DNA from: Camelus ferus
Taxonomy: Eukaryota
Reading direction: 5' to 3'
DNA length: 64,000 bases
Assembly (NCBI RefSeq): GCF_009834535.1
Contig: NC_045717.1
Location: forward strand, 23,560,001-23,624,000
The number at the start of each line of letters is the position of its first letter. Position 1 is the first letter of the stretch. The translations under genes and the position numbers were made by a program. Positions 49,448 through 62,530 of the stretch are shown in pieces. Under the pieces are notes generated by a model, which saw only the letters and a list, made by a program, of their open reading frames with translations, searched no databases and was not told the origin of the DNA.

Positions 49448-51769
49448 CTAGATGATAAAGGGCCAGAATGAAAAGGCGTCAGTACAACCCTGGATCCCAG
49501 GGCCTTCGGGTCAACAAGCTAATGACGATGGACGGTAACTCAGAGAGAAGCACGTGCAGGCCCAAGGCAGTGCCGGCAGGCATCCTGCACCCCGTCTGAA
49601 GCCACACAGGCCATTTCAGCTGGCACAACACGGCTGCACCCCCGAAGTCTACTCATGGCATGGGGAGAAGACAGGACTAGGGTCTCCCCAGTCAGAAGAT
49701 TCAGGCACTGACAGATTGAGGGGTGCTGGGGCTGAGTGACCGCTCCACACCAGGCAGGGCCCACACTGCCAGGTGCTCGTGTTTAGAATGTAATTACAAG
49801 CTGCACGGAGCCACCAAAGCAGAAGGGCCACCAAGGATCCCTTGACACAACTCACTTCAGGGCCTGACATCTTGTCCCTGCACTACCCAGGATGCACCCC
49901 GTGGCAGCCCACCGGCCTACTCTGCGGCACTGCCCTGGGAACTGCGAGGCCGCCACAGGCCTCGGGGGGCCCGACCCCGGGAGGATGGAAGAGGAAGCCT
50001 CATAGTCTGTTTAAATAAATGTCCACTCCTTTCCTTTCACCCAAAGCCTGCTCCTGCCAGATGACTGGAAGGTCCAGGTGAGGTGGCTATGGTCCCCAAC
50101 CTGTGGCCTTGGGGCTTTCCCCCTAGACTCTGTTCTAAGTGAGGAGGGAGGAGGAAGGAGAAAGGAGTCCTGGTAATGAAGCCCTGAGGACCCCTGCAGC
50201 CGCCCTGTCACCGTCTGCTCAGCCAGCACGCTCTGACACAGAGGCTCGGACGGGAGCCCTAAGTGTTGGACCTCAGCGCGCTGGGCAGCACTGCCGCCTG
50301 CTCCCCCAAATGTGTGCCGACACCTCCCTCCACACAAGAAACGGGGGTCAATTTTACAAGACGGACAAAATAGAGCAGTGCTCCTTAAGGAGTGAAATCC
50401 CAAGCCAACGTGTCCATGAAAGTCAGTGCTGCCAAATGTAACAAGGGCTGCTCAAACAGGACTCCCAAAATAGTTCTACCAACAACCTTCAAGGCACACA
50501 GGGTTTTAAAAAATTACAGCTCATGACTGAAGAACGACCTTTTATCAAGAGCCTTCTGAAGACCCCAAACTGGACAGAGAGGCATTTAAAGTAGAGAAGT
50601 TCACCTCAGCAAGACCTAGTTCTGTCACTGCTGCTTTGCCCCGTGTATCACGTGTCACCCTTTGTTGTTTGTGCCTAATTTATGATCATGGATGTGAGAA
50701 AACTGCCCTGTGAGCTTCAGGGGAGAGAGCACTACCTGATCATGTGAAACGGAGCTAACAACGATTAAGAGCAACAGGAAGGCCTGGGCAGGCACGTGCA
50801 TCACCCCTAACTCCTGCCACCCTAGGCGGTAGGAACAGTCACCCTCATTTCACAGCTGGAGAAACTGGCTCAGCAGAACTGCTGGTACCAGGATATGACC
50901 CCGGTCCAGGTTCTGGAGCCTGGACATTTAACCACGGTGCTCAACGTCTCCACCAAAGGAAACCCAGGAGACTAAGTCTAGATTTAGTTGCATGTTAAGA
51001 TTTACGTCCAGGAGCAGAAAAAAAGGAATCACCTGAGGGGTAAACAATTACTCCCCAGGCGGCAGCCAAGGAGCCTAGTTATCTCTAGCCACGTTCTCAG
51101 GAGCTGAGGGTGGAGGACAGATCGAAACATCGATGCCCGAGTCAGGGAAAGGAATGACTTACAGGCTAGCGGTTCTGTCAGAACAATGCCCTGACCACAG
51201 CCTTTCCTATTCCTCTGATTTTCCAAGAAAAGCCACTAAAGAGTCAAGGCTCTTTGAGGAAGTTCTCGATCTAAATGTAAGATAGGAGAAAAGGAGAAAA
51301 CTGAGCTTATTTCCTAATGTGTTAACCCTGCAAGGAGCAGGCACACGAGCCCAGCTCAGGTCTTTCCCAGGGCTCAGCGGGCTTGGGCTGACTGGCGCCC
51401 ACTGAGGCTCCAGACGCACTTGAACTCTACAACATGAGGCGTGGCATCTAGGCAGCGCTGTGGGTCGCAAAGCACTTTCCAACAGAGCCCGCCAGACTCC
51501 CGCCAGGCTCCCCAGCACTTCAGCACTGGTGTAGCCACTAAGTGTACAGAATCTCAGGGTCAAGGCCCAACAAAACTTCCGAATGTCTGTTTGGATTTTG
51601 GGCCAAGACCGAGCACAAACCATTCACTGTGTCACTCCACAAATGTCGCAGCTGCCGCACTTCCTCACTCGTTCGTCCTAACTCAGATGGAGGAGGCAGA
51701 AGCATGCAGGAGGGAAGAGAGCCAACTCTGTGGGGAAAACCGTGGCTGTAACTGTAGCTTCTGACTTAC

Positions 51770-51812
51770 CTGTCCTTCTCTTTCTCCCATCATTGACCTT
51801 GAACCTTCTCTC
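51770..51812 (-). CDS. SAFB: SAFB exon 17
   Basis: 43 nt, REGSRSMMGEREGQ; AG/GT. Confidence 0.94.
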
Positions 51813-52040
51813 CTGAAAAAGGCAATTTAAATGAAACCATAAGGAGAGGAAGATAGGTTGGTTAGATGTTCAAAAGGAAAACATACCCCAATTTGAACCC
51901 AGATAATTCACACACTCCGCTGGATCGAGTGGGCTTGCAACCTAGAGGCCTAGAGCCTAGAAAGGTCACCCAAATTCTCATCATAATAATGAATAAGGAC
52001 AAAGAAAACATGCATCAAGCAGGCAAGGTCGGTGGCTGAC

Positions 52041-52178
52041 CTGTCAACTGAGTGGTCAGGGTAGCGGCCCCGGTCCCTGTGGTCAAAGTCATGGAAGCGG
52101 TCCTGGCGGTTGAAGTCAGAATGGTAGCGCTCATCCAGGGCGGCCCGCTTCGCTTCCGGCCAGTAGGCATCGTCTCGC
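52041..52178 (-). CDS. SAFB: SAFB exon 16
   Basis: [45 protein letters not shown]; AG/GT. Confidence 0.96.
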
Positions 52179-53265
52179 CTGGGAAGGGAAGCAAGAACGG
52201 AGTATGTGCGTAACTAAACCCTCAAACTGTCCCTGGCCCCCATCACTTCACAGAAGGGGGACTATCAGTGGAGCATATTCTCTGCTACACAAGCTGACAG
52301 AGCCTGGAGGGGTGAGGTGGGATCTGACTCAAGGACTCCATTCTGTCTTACCCAACACGCCCTGCCTCCCCTCACAGAAGAGCTCAGGTCTCCCTAATAG
52401 GAGGTGATCAGTCGAGTGGGCAAGCACACGTGTGCATCAGCAGATCGCCTCTGGGAACCTCTCAAGGCCACGAGAACAGTGAATGCACAGCTGTCTCTTT
52501 TGTCCCAATGCAGACTTGATCCAGCAAAGACACCCAGTGGGGAGGACTTTTAGAATCACTTGAAACATAGTTTCAAAACATTTATGCCCATAACAGACTC
52601 CCATATCAGTACTTTGTACAAAAGCATAAAAAGTTCTAAGACTAAAAGCCCTTTTACAGAAGTCTCACTGTTCTATTACATGGGGACCTCTTTAACCCAC
52701 GCAGTAGACAGAAGGTTAAAACAAACAAACATGCATGCAGCAGAGCTTTGATAGGATCAGTGATAGGATTATTACCCCAAACTCCTGACAGTAAGGTCTG
52801 AAATAGGTCTATTTTTCACTGGTGGGTTAGCATTTTAGTATTCGTGTGTCACACCAGCATGTTGGGGGAATTAAAATTAATCTAACAGAATGAACAAACA
52901 CAAATTACTGCAATGATTACAAAGCTGGAAGGCGCCCAGAAGTTGGTGCTTTCTGGTCACCGGCCACCTGCCCAGCACTCAGTGTTATGTGCTGCTCTGG
53001 GTGCCTGAACTCCTTCCTCAAGGTGGGGTCTGTGCTGGGACTTGAACCTAATGATTAATAAGCACTACTTTATCCAACCATTTCTCCACTGATCTCAAAC
53101 CATCTCAGATTCCTGGATGAAGCACAGGAGATTGAACAGCTGTAGCATACACCAGCGCTTCCTTTTAAATATAAATTGCATGTTAACAGGATTCTAGGGA
53201 CCACAGCACAGTTCTAAACACCACGGGCCACCCACGTGGCGGCTGCTGGCAGCAGCCTGGCTTAC

Positions 53266-53556
53266 CGGCCGTCCACGTCGTAGGGCCTGCGCACGGCCGG
53301 CCTCCGCTCCTGCTCATAGCGCAGCTCCTGCTGGCGCCGCAGCTCCTCGCGCTCGCGGTGGATGCGCTCCTGCTCGCGCCGGCGCTCGTGCTCCACGTGC
53401 ATGCGCTCGCGCTCCAGCCGCTCGCGCTCCATGCGCTCCCGCTCCAGGCGGTGTCTGTGGAAGGCCAGCCTCTCCCGGGCAATGGCCAGCCGCTCGCGCT
53501 CCTCCCGCTCCAACTGCGCCTGCATGCGCTGCTCCCGCTCGCTGCGCTCGCGCACC
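53266..53556 (-). CDS. SAFB: SAFB exon 15 (Arg/Glu-rich coiled coil)
   Basis: [12 protein letters not shown]...RRPYDVDG; AG/GT. Confidence 0.97.
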
Positions 53557-54461
53557 CTGCCGGCGGGAGAGTAGCAGCTGCAGGGGCCCGCGGGCAGCAG
53601 CAGTGCGGATGGCCTCTCCCAGGTGGGTGAGCTTTATAACTGCAGAGCCCCGGCTCCGCCTAGGGAGCCGAGACCTGCAGATCCTTTTAGACCTTGCAAC
53701 TACCAAGGGCCAGGGCAGCTGAGCGGTGGCGCGCAGCAAGGCCCCGCCCAGACCAAGGGCACAGACAGCCCTTCTTACGCCAGCAATACTGATGGCACCC
53801 AGGGCGCATCCCTCCAGTGTTCATGCGCATGCCAGATAAGACGGCTGCCAGGTCCACCCTCTGCTCTGCTCTGCACTTAACAGACACAACGGTACCAGCA
53901 GAAACGTATAATCTTGCCCTGCTTTGTTTCTGCATCTTGGACAAAAACGACTGCAGCTTCCTCAGTTCAAGAAACACGTCCTGGGCCCTGCGTGTCCCCA
54001 TCTCTACAAATGTATGGCAAGCTTCCAGGGAAAAGCCCCTGGAGTGGAGGCCACGATTTACAGAACTACAGGCAGACGTGGGCCTTCTGGCTGTTCCCAG
54101 CCTTATGGAAACGGCCCCTCGCCCCCACTTTCTGGAGCGCAGGTTCCTTCCAGGCAGGCTGGGTAAGTGCTGTTGCTGGGGCACCAGGGTTCAGAAGGGT
54201 GTGCTGCTGCGGGACTGCTCTCCAGGTGGCTGTGCCCACGAACACTCCTCTCCCGCCACCACGAGCACCCAGCTCCGCACGCTGTAAGCCAGATCACACT
54301 GACGGATGGAAACTAGTCTCACTGCTGTTTTCATCTGCGTGTCCCTGATCTCCGGTGAGGCTGAATGACATTTCATGTTTTGTGACCATGTATACAGCCC
54401 CTTCTGTGAACTGCCTTCTGTCCACTTTCCTATTGGGTTATTTTTTGCTTATTTATTTTAA

Positions 54462-54579
54462 TTTTTTTCCCCCAGGGGGAAGGTAATTAGGTTTGTCTCA
54501 TTTATTTATTTATATTAACGGAGGTACTGGGGATTGGGCATGCTAAGCACACAATGCCACTGAGCTATACCATTCCCAC
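54462..54579 (-). mobile_element. Same SINE family, with 14-nt internal deletion of the B box
   Basis: Homologous to the 25352 copy; perfect 16-bp TSD TGCTTATTTATTTTAA at 54446-54461 and 54580-54595. Confidence 0.85.
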
Positions 54580-55600
54580 TGCTTATTTATTTTAAAGCAC
54601 CTTTATGCTCATCTGTTACAAGTCTTTGGACTTCCTCTTTGGTCTTTTCATTGTATAGAAGTTAAATTGTGATCTAGCCTACTTCTCCTTTAAAATGTTC
54701 AGGCCTCTCAAAGCTCAAATTCATAAACAAAAATTTTACTTCACATTATACAGGTAACTTAAGTTTTCACTTTCACATTCAGCCACCAGCTATACTGACT
54801 GCTTTGTCAGTTATGTGAGCCAGAACCCCAAAGGACTGTCCAGAGAAACAGCCAAGTGACCTGAAGCCGTTTTGGGGGGCAGCTCGTCCTTTTCTCACCA
54901 GTTGGAAATGTCACTTTTATTGTGTCAAATTACTGCATGCATATGGGTCAGCTTCGCTGATCTGTTTTGCCAATTACTTCACCCAAACTGCACTTTCCTT
55001 TGCCCACTGCCTGTCCCTCTCTGGCAGGAAGTTCTGTACGGTGCACTGCAGAAAACAATGCCCTGCCTCCTGTTCTCATTCTTATTCTGCTAAACTTTTT
55101 ACTAATGGTTCTTATTTTTTAAATTGTAAACTTTTATTTTTGACAAGACAGATCAACTGTCAATCAGTGTGATCGATACCGCTTTTTACTTAGTTTTTAA
55201 AAATTATGAGGACCTTGTCTTGGGCTGATTTAAGGATGAGGACCTCTCAGCTATCTCACTGGGTCTGTCCCACTGTTTTTCCCTTTTCACAGCTTCTGGA
55301 GCAAATCTGGTATGTTCTGTTAACTAGCACTACTGCTCCAGGAAGGCATCCCATCTCCCTGCCGTTGGTACCTCCCAGAATCTTCAGGAAGAGGTGGGCC
55401 TATCTGCATGAGAAAATCCTTTGAAAAAAGCCACAGGAAGAGAGCCAGTGCACAGGAAGTCTACGAACTAAAAGCCAAAGGAGCAGAGGTTTAAATCAAT
55501 ATTCCACCCACAGGGGACTTAGAAAACATCTTCCCAGGACACAGTCATCACCAGTCTAGGGCAACAACCAAACCAGCCAACATTCCTGGATCTGACTCAC

Positions 55601-55707
55601 CTGCGGGACTCCGAGTCTCTGGACTTCCTAGGCTCTTTGACTTTATCAAAGGACACAACAGACCGCTTTTCTCTGCTGGCCGATTTGCGATCCTGGCTCT
55701 TGGAAAC
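55601..55707 (-). CDS. SAFB: SAFB exon 14
   Basis: VSKSQDRKSASREKRSVVSFDKVKEPRKSRDSESR; AG/GT. Confidence 0.95.
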
Positions 55708-57355
55708 CTGGTCCACCAAGGAACATGGAGAAGGTAAGATAGAAAGGACAGCAGGAAGAATCAGGTGTGTCCAAGTCTAAGCATCCAGTGAGATCAAAAA
55801 TGAAGGTGAACGTTTAATGAAATCATCAGGTAACAAAATGTTCTCCCATAAGAAACTTCACGTTTGCTTATCGTAATTCAAAGTCACCAACCGTCATTAC
55901 CGTTTATTACTAAAATATGACCCATTGAGTACTTTCAACAGAGTCAAAATGGAAATGAGTATTTTCCCCAAAAAGTTTTCAGGAGATCAAGAAAATATTT
56001 TAAACTTTGTCTTTTGCATCCAAAACACATTTTTTAATATTGTCCTTTACCTTTGAATTAAACATGCAGTGATGCCCAACTGAGGCCACTCCTGGTATGT
56101 TTGAGAATTCCACATTTGTGCAAACTGTGTTATTATTATTATTATTTTTTGAGATCTACCCATCTTGGACCTTGAACCCACTTTCATTTTACCATTTTAT
56201 AAGCAATTTTTTAAATAAAATAAGGAAAAAAATACTGTAACACAGTAAAATATTTGTACAAACACATGCAGACTGAAATGAAAACCCCAGAGAGGAAACA
56301 TCAGCTTGCAACTGGTCCACAACATTCAAGAGCTTAAATGGTCTGTCATCTGACAATCTAGCATTCAGGGTGCCCTAGCTGACAATTAACTGGTAAGGGC
56401 GGTTCACTGTGCCCAGACCATGCAAACGATGCTGAACACCTGCTTTCCTTCCGGGAGTCAGGAAATTTGGTACTTGCCTGGAGCGGGTGGGTGCTCATGT
56501 GATCAGCCCCGAGTACAAAAACCTTGGGGAGCTAAGGCTCTAGTGGGCCTGCCAGGGGAGAAGCAGCACCCGCGTGCTGCTGCATTTTCATTGTGGTGGG
56601 AGCCATCATGGGAAGGCGAGAATGCAAGGGAGCCTGCAGAACTCCCTCCGGACTCTGCCTGTGTCTTTCCCTGCGTGACTTGGCTGTGTATGCTCACTGC
56701 ATTACTGAGGCCAATCTTAGCCCATATGCTGGGTCCAGTGGTCCCCCGAGTTGATTTCAGAATGTGGGCAGTCTTGGGGACTTGGACTTTTATTTACCAA
56801 AGTTGTAAGGCTGTCAAAAGTTAAACATAACAACATCAACAGCTGCACATGACCCCAATGGCAGGTAGAGTGAAAGGGTAAGAACCTAAGCCTGGTACTT
56901 TGTGGATTCTGGGTTCTGTGGAGCATCTGCAAGGAGACAGTGAATGGACTGTGCATGGACTGTGCAAGGTGGACACTGGACTTAGAGGCAGGCTGGGCCA
57001 CGTGTGGGTTTAGAAATGCACGGGGGGAAGAGCTGCTGAAACCTTCAGGGCAGGCAATGGTAACGGACTGCTACGCCCTGATTCTCCTGGCCAATCACTT
57101 CCGTAACTAAATTTTAAAATTAGTTAAAAAAAATTAAAAAGCAACAATTCTCAGCAGAACAAAGCATGAAGGAAAGTTTTTAAACTTCCTCAATTTTGTT
57201 TTTGCTTTTTTTAAAAGTTCAGAGCCTACATTTTGAAAAAGTTGACAATTTTTCTCAAATTAAGCTCAGGAACTCCCTAAGATACACACAGAAATATAAA
57301 GAAAATGTCAAAGGAAATAAATGCTAAATACCCTACATGGAAAAGGAACACTCAC

Positions 57356-57444
57356 TCTCTCTTTGGATCCTGATGTTTTGACACTGATAACAGGTACACC
57401 TTTAGATTTATCCATCACCACGGTCCGCTCAGTTCCTCGACTTC
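57356..57444 (-). CDS. SAFB: SAFB exon 13
   Basis: [29 protein letters not shown]; AG/GT. Confidence 0.96.
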
Positions 57445-57598
57445 CTGTGGGAAAAAAGGAACAAGGTAAGAACAGACACCTCCAAATGAGCAAAAATACT
57501 CAACTCCATGGAAAAGAAACACAGTTTGCATTGCCAACTAACCACAGCAGTCAGGACAGACCACAAGGTGAAACCTCCCACACTCTTCGGGCAGCTAC

Positions 57599-57738
57599 CT
57601 GATTTTGTGGTTCGAGATCGCTCAGAGGGGCCAGGCTTCTGATCATCCTGATCTTTACTCTTTTCTCCACTCCCGTCTTCACCCTTTTTAGCATCATCTT
57701 TTCTGTCGGCTTTGTCTTCCCTCTTCAGGTTTGCAGAC
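57599..57738 (-). CDS. SAFB: SAFB exon 12
   Basis: SANLKREDKADRKDD...PSERSRTTKS; AG/GT. Confidence 0.94.
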
Positions 57739-58064
57739 CTAGAAAATAACACCCCCGGACATGGAAGTGTGTTAGACGGGCAATTCAGGGAAGCCAACCA
57801 GCCACCGCTTGACTCCTGCAACAAGCATCGAGTGGTGAGGCGGAGGCCTCGGAGGCCTCGACAGGAGGGAGAACAGGCGCCCTGGAAGAGGGACTGGAGT
57901 AAGGAGATCGTCTCCCATGAGTGGTGGTGAAACATTCCTCCAGCAAATGTGAAAAAGTGAAGGGGGCAAGGGCCTCACAACTTTGCCCATCCGTGGAAGA
58001 CATAAGGGAGATGAGATGAAAAGGAGGGCTATCTTGGCCACAATCCCACCAGGAAGAACAATAC

Positions 58065-58147
58065 CTGTCAGCGTTGCTAGACTTCTCTTTTTTCCCCTCC
58101 CCTTCTCTTTTGTCAGAAGTTTTCTTCCCAGCAGGTTCATTTTTTGC
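58065..58147 (-). CDS. SAFB: SAFB exon 11
   Basis: AKNEPAGKKTSDKREGEGKKEKSSNAD; AG/GT. Confidence 0.94.
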
Positions 58148-58224
58148 CTGAAAAAGAAAATCAGGTGGAAGCATCACCTTATTTCCTAAGACAGTCACAC
58201 CCTGAGAAGAAAATGGCCCCTTAC

Positions 58225-58374
58225 TTTTTCCACTGAGATCATCTTCCCATGGAGCTCTGTTTTGTGCAGGTGGTTAATGCATTTTGTGGCCTCTTCTGCT
58301 GTAGACATGGTAACAAAGCCATAGCAGCGAGCTCCCGGACTCCGGGCATTTGTCACAACCTTGGCGCCCACCAC
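58225..58374 (-). CDS. SAFB: SAFB exon 10 (RRM, RNP1)
   Basis: [23 protein letters not shown]...GKMISVEK; AG/GT. Confidence 0.97.
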
Positions 58375-60182
58375 CTTGAAGGAAAGCACACAAACAAAGC
58401 TTGGACACAAAGCTCCCCCCCAGACCCGACAGTGCAGTCACGCTGCTTCCCTCTGACCCACCCCATGTCCTATGCCCTCCCGGCCCGACCCCCCGGGGAC
58501 GAGGGCCCATGGGGGAGATGCTGAGAGTGGGTGCCTGACAAGCGGCAGGTGAAGACTGGGGTGGATAAGGAATGTGCCTGGCTGCTCCTACTCCGTCCTG
58601 GCGGTTCCTCTAGGGGACCAGGAGGACAGTGTAGAGGACTAGGGAGGAAAGTGAAGCGGAAGGCAGAGTCCTGCCAGCATTCCTTTAACTGTCTGAAACT
58701 TATGAAGACATGATTCTGAACATGTGATCACCCATGTGGGCAGTAAAGCAGGAAGACACATATATGGGCAGGGATCGACGTAAGGACAGGTTTATGAAGT
58801 GCGCTCTGGAACAGAGAGCCCATCCTACTATTAACTATATTAAAATTCAAGGAGATGTTTCAGGCACCACAGATACACCTTCAGATGCTACTTAATTCTC
58901 CCAACAAGCGCAGCAAGCTGAAGTTAGGGATGCCCTCTTATGCCAGAAGGCACCACAGCTCACAAGTCCCATAGGAGCCACTGGCTGAAGCTTGCGTTCA
59001 TCCTCATTATGCCATAAGCGAGTCTTATACCCAGGAGAAGCTTTCACAGTGGTCTGGTCCCCTATGCAAGCCACATGAAGCCTGCAATGCATCCCAGACA
59101 CTGTAGGCTCCGGGCTGACAACTCCCTGCTGAGAGCACCCATCTACTCTAAGGGCCACAGCAGAATCAAGAAAAGGGTCCCATCTTGCATTACTTGTGTT
59201 ACCGCGGCCCAGGGAGTCATGCGTTATTTCAAGAAACATGTCACATTTAGTTTTCCTTGTTAGTTCCTGAACATCAACAACCAAGGTCAATAATGTTGGT
59301 TGGGTTCATTGCTGAGCCCTCACTATGAACGAGAGCCTGTGCTAAACCCTCACTTGGCAAAAGCGGACTCTTGAGACAAGGAGCCACGGGTGCAGCAGTT
59401 TATCTGGGAGGTGAGCCCAGGAAGCACGGGGAGCAAGGAGGAAGGTGAGAAAAGAGGAGGGAGGAAAGCCACCACAGGCGCCCTAGGACACAGGGAACTG
59501 CAGCAGGCGTCTGTCCACCATGACCACCCTTCCCGGGCTGAGGAGGGAGGAAGACAGGCAGGTATGAGAGAGAAGAGGTAGCCCCAGCTGGAGGTGAAGG
59601 CAGGTGAGGAGACCACCATGCGGCAGGGCACCAGCAGCGCGGCCACAGCTATACACACCACTGCAAGGAAGCAGCAACTTTGAGGGCCGCCAGGTGTAGC
59701 GACGAGGCTCCCATGGGTAAGGCAACATTCCTGGCCAACAACCGTGAGTGGCAGAGCCGGTGCCTGTAGTTGCCCACACGGGTCTGGCTCCAGGCCTTTT
59801 CTGTAACCCTTAGCCACAGCTTCACTCGTGTTCTGTAGTCACCACTGTCTCATGAAAACACTGATAGCACCTCCCACCCTGCCCTTTGCTTCAGTCCCCT
59901 AAGTCCTTCCTGGGCTCAAGGCCTGAAGCTACAGAAATGGATTCAGGAAGCAATCAAATCAGAGTGGTAGCATAGGGGCCGGGTAAGAACTGCAAAGTGG
60001 ATATGGGCTCTGGGAGCTCCCAGAGGCCTCTCACCTCTCCCTGTAGCGGGCAGAGCCCCCACAGGCCATGAGCAAATGCATGTTCAAAGAAGGCATGGTG
60101 TCACTCAAAGTCTTCACAGAGTGCACGTAAAGGCTACAGTACTGCATGGGCTTAGAAGCATCCAGAAGACCCCTGGTCTTAC

Positions 60183-60277
60183 CTTCCCGTACTTGCTGAA
60201 AAGATTCTTCAAATCGGTAGCTCTGGTGGTAGAAGAAAGTCCACTAACCCAGAAGTTTCTACCACAACTGCTACGAC
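60183..60277 (-). CDS. SAFB: SAFB exon 9 (RRM start)
   Basis: [31 protein letters not shown]; AG/GT. Confidence 0.97.
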
Positions 60278-61074
60278 CTATTTCAAAAGAAAGCTCTGGT
60301 CAAAACCATGACACTTACAAGATGCTGAGTCTTAAGGCTTAAAGTCATTTGAAACCAGACCTTCCCTACTTGTCCCAGAGGCCAGCAGGACCGAGACCTA
60401 GCTGGGGTGTGGGGGTCCGGCCAGCTGTCTTCACACGACTTCTGGAGCGGCATGCTAGGCTGACAAGACTGCCAACAACGCCACTTAACAACGGTGAGTC
60501 CAGGGCTGTTAGGCCCAGGGGAGAGTCTGCGAGTTACTAAAATGGCATCACCCAACCCAGGGAGGTGACGCTGGAACACAAGACAACTGCTGTCACTCTA
60601 GAACCACTTCAGGTGCTTCTGTTTCTTGCAAAATACAACAGTGTACAATCTACCCCCAGTTTTTGTTCTTTGTAGAACACTGATTAAGGGGGAATCTGGA
60701 CCAGCAAAACTACTTCTCAATCAGTGATTTAATAAAGGGCTGTGGTGTTGATAAATCTGAAATACCAAACCCAAGATATCTGAAATTCAAAGCATTTTTT
60801 TTCCGTCTGCAAGTATCACTGGCTAAGGAATTTGGTAAGAGGGTCAGTCAGGAAGAATGAGCTCAAAGTGCTTCGGCAAAATCAACTGCCCGCATCAAAT
60901 CAACGCGTCAACTCTGCCCTGCAATCCAGAACCTGCAGTGAGGGGCAGGAGTGGAGAACGGCTTCAAGACAAGCTCACAGGCCAGAAACGCGGTGGTGAT
61001 GAACTAGAACCAAACACCCTGCTGCTGCTGAGACCAAACACGCTCCCGGGGATGGTGCCGCCACGCTGACCTAC

Positions 61075-61124
61075 CCTTTTCCTCTTTGGAAAGCCTCTTT
61101 GTATCCGAGTCATCTTCGACAGAA
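61075..61124 (-). CDS. SAFB: SAFB exon 8
   Basis: SVEDDSDTKRLSKEEK; SAFB1-type rather than SAFB2-type as recalled; AG/GT. Confidence 0.93.
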
Positions 61125-61484
61125 CTAGAGACAAAAGATAGTGTCACTCCAGAAGGAAGAAGCAGAGAGGAAACAAACTCAAAATCATAAAATACGTGCT
61201 GAGGTTGCATACCTACCCGAAATTTAGTTCTGAAAAAATGACACCCCGACAAACGTGTATTGGAAATCTGACCTAACCATAAGATTTCAGACCCACAGGA
61301 GTTAATTAATTCTGCTGGGCTAAAGATAATTAGGAAGAATTAAAGAAAACAACCATAATAGGTTGAGAAAAGAACAAAGATTATGTAATCAGTTTAAAAT
61401 AAACAAAGAGAAATAAAACATTCTTTAGAAGTAAACTACAATTGCATCAGTCTGGCTGGCCAATTGCAGAACAAACAGCTTATG

Positions 61485-62530
61485 NNNNNNNNNNNNNNNN
61501 NNNNNNNNNNNNNNNNNNNNNNNNNNNNNNNNNNNNNNNNNNNNNNNNNNNNNNNNNNNNNNNNNNNNNNNNNNNNNNNNNNNNNNNNNNNNNNNNNNNN
61601 NNNNNNNNNNNNNNNNNNNNNNNNAAACTTCTTCACGTCTTCTTTGCTATCCCTGGGCTCTGGGCTTGAGGCTTCCGGGGGCGCTTCCGCGGCCTCCTCG
61701 CCACAGGCTTCCGTGCGCTCTGGGGCTTTACTACTCTGCTCAACTGGCTTCTCTAGCCCTACAGGCTCACAGTCCGTCCTCGCGCCATCGCCTGTCTGCT
61801 CCACGGGCTCCCTTTTCACTACCGCTAACAGGGTGTCTGCCTTGCTCGACTGAGCTTGTGCTGTTGACTCGCTGGCCAAATCTAAATCACCCTCCTCCGG
61901 ATGGGCNNNNNNNNNNNNNNNNNNNNNNNNNNNNNNNNNNNNNNNNNNNNNNNNNNNNNNNNNNNNNNNNNNNNNNNNNNNNNNNNNNNNNNNNNNNNNN
62001 NNNNNNNNNNNNNNNNNNNNNNNNNNNNNNNNNNNNNNNNNNNNNNNNNNNNNNNNNNNNNNNNNNNNNNNNNNNNNNNNNNNNNNNNNNNNNNNNNNNN
62101 NNNNNNNNNNNNNNNNNNNNNNNNNNNNNNNNNNNNNNNNNNNNNNNNNNNNNNNNNNNNNNNNNNNNNNNNNNNNNNNNNNNNNNNNNNNNNNNNNNNN
62201 NNNNNNNNNNNNNNNNNNNNNNCCTGCTCTCCAACCGACTGCTAGAGTAAGCCTNNNNNNNNNNNNNNNNNNNNNNNNNNNNNNNNNNNNNNNNNNNNNN
62301 NNNNNNNNNNNNNNNNNNNNNNNNNNNNNNNNNNNNNNNNNNNNNNNNNNNNNNNNNNNNNNNNNNNNNNNNNNNNNNNNNNNNNNNNNNNNNNNNNNNN
62401 NNNNNNNNNNNNNNNNNNNNNNNNNNNNNNNNNNNNNNNNNNNNNNNNNNNNNNNNNNNNNNNNNNNNNNNNNNNNNNNNNNNNNNNNNNNNNNNNNNNN
62501 NNNNNNNNNNNNNNNNNNNNNNNNNNNNNN
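61485..62530. other. Three assembly gaps (61485-61624, 61907-62222, 62254-62530)
   Basis: N runs bracketing SAFB exon 7. Confidence 1.
61625..61906 (-). CDS. SAFB: SAFB exon 7, internal fragment (both ends in N gaps)
   Basis: [34 protein letters not shown]...DSKEDVKKF; open frame between two gaps. Confidence 0.85.

Noticed and set aside
53515-53517. SAFB coiled coil reads QAQLERE where I recall Trp in human and mouse
   Set aside because: A single substitution judged from memory only; no basis for a functional claim
58375-61074. Possible autoregulatory poison exon in SAFB introns 8-9 (e.g. acceptor-like cctcactgcag near 60932)
   Set aside because: No convincing paired donor; would need RNA-seq or conservation data
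62223-62253. 31-bp island read in frame as RLTLAVGWRA in the track
   Set aside because: By orthologue exon length the exon 7 acceptor should lie near 62060, so this island is probably intronic
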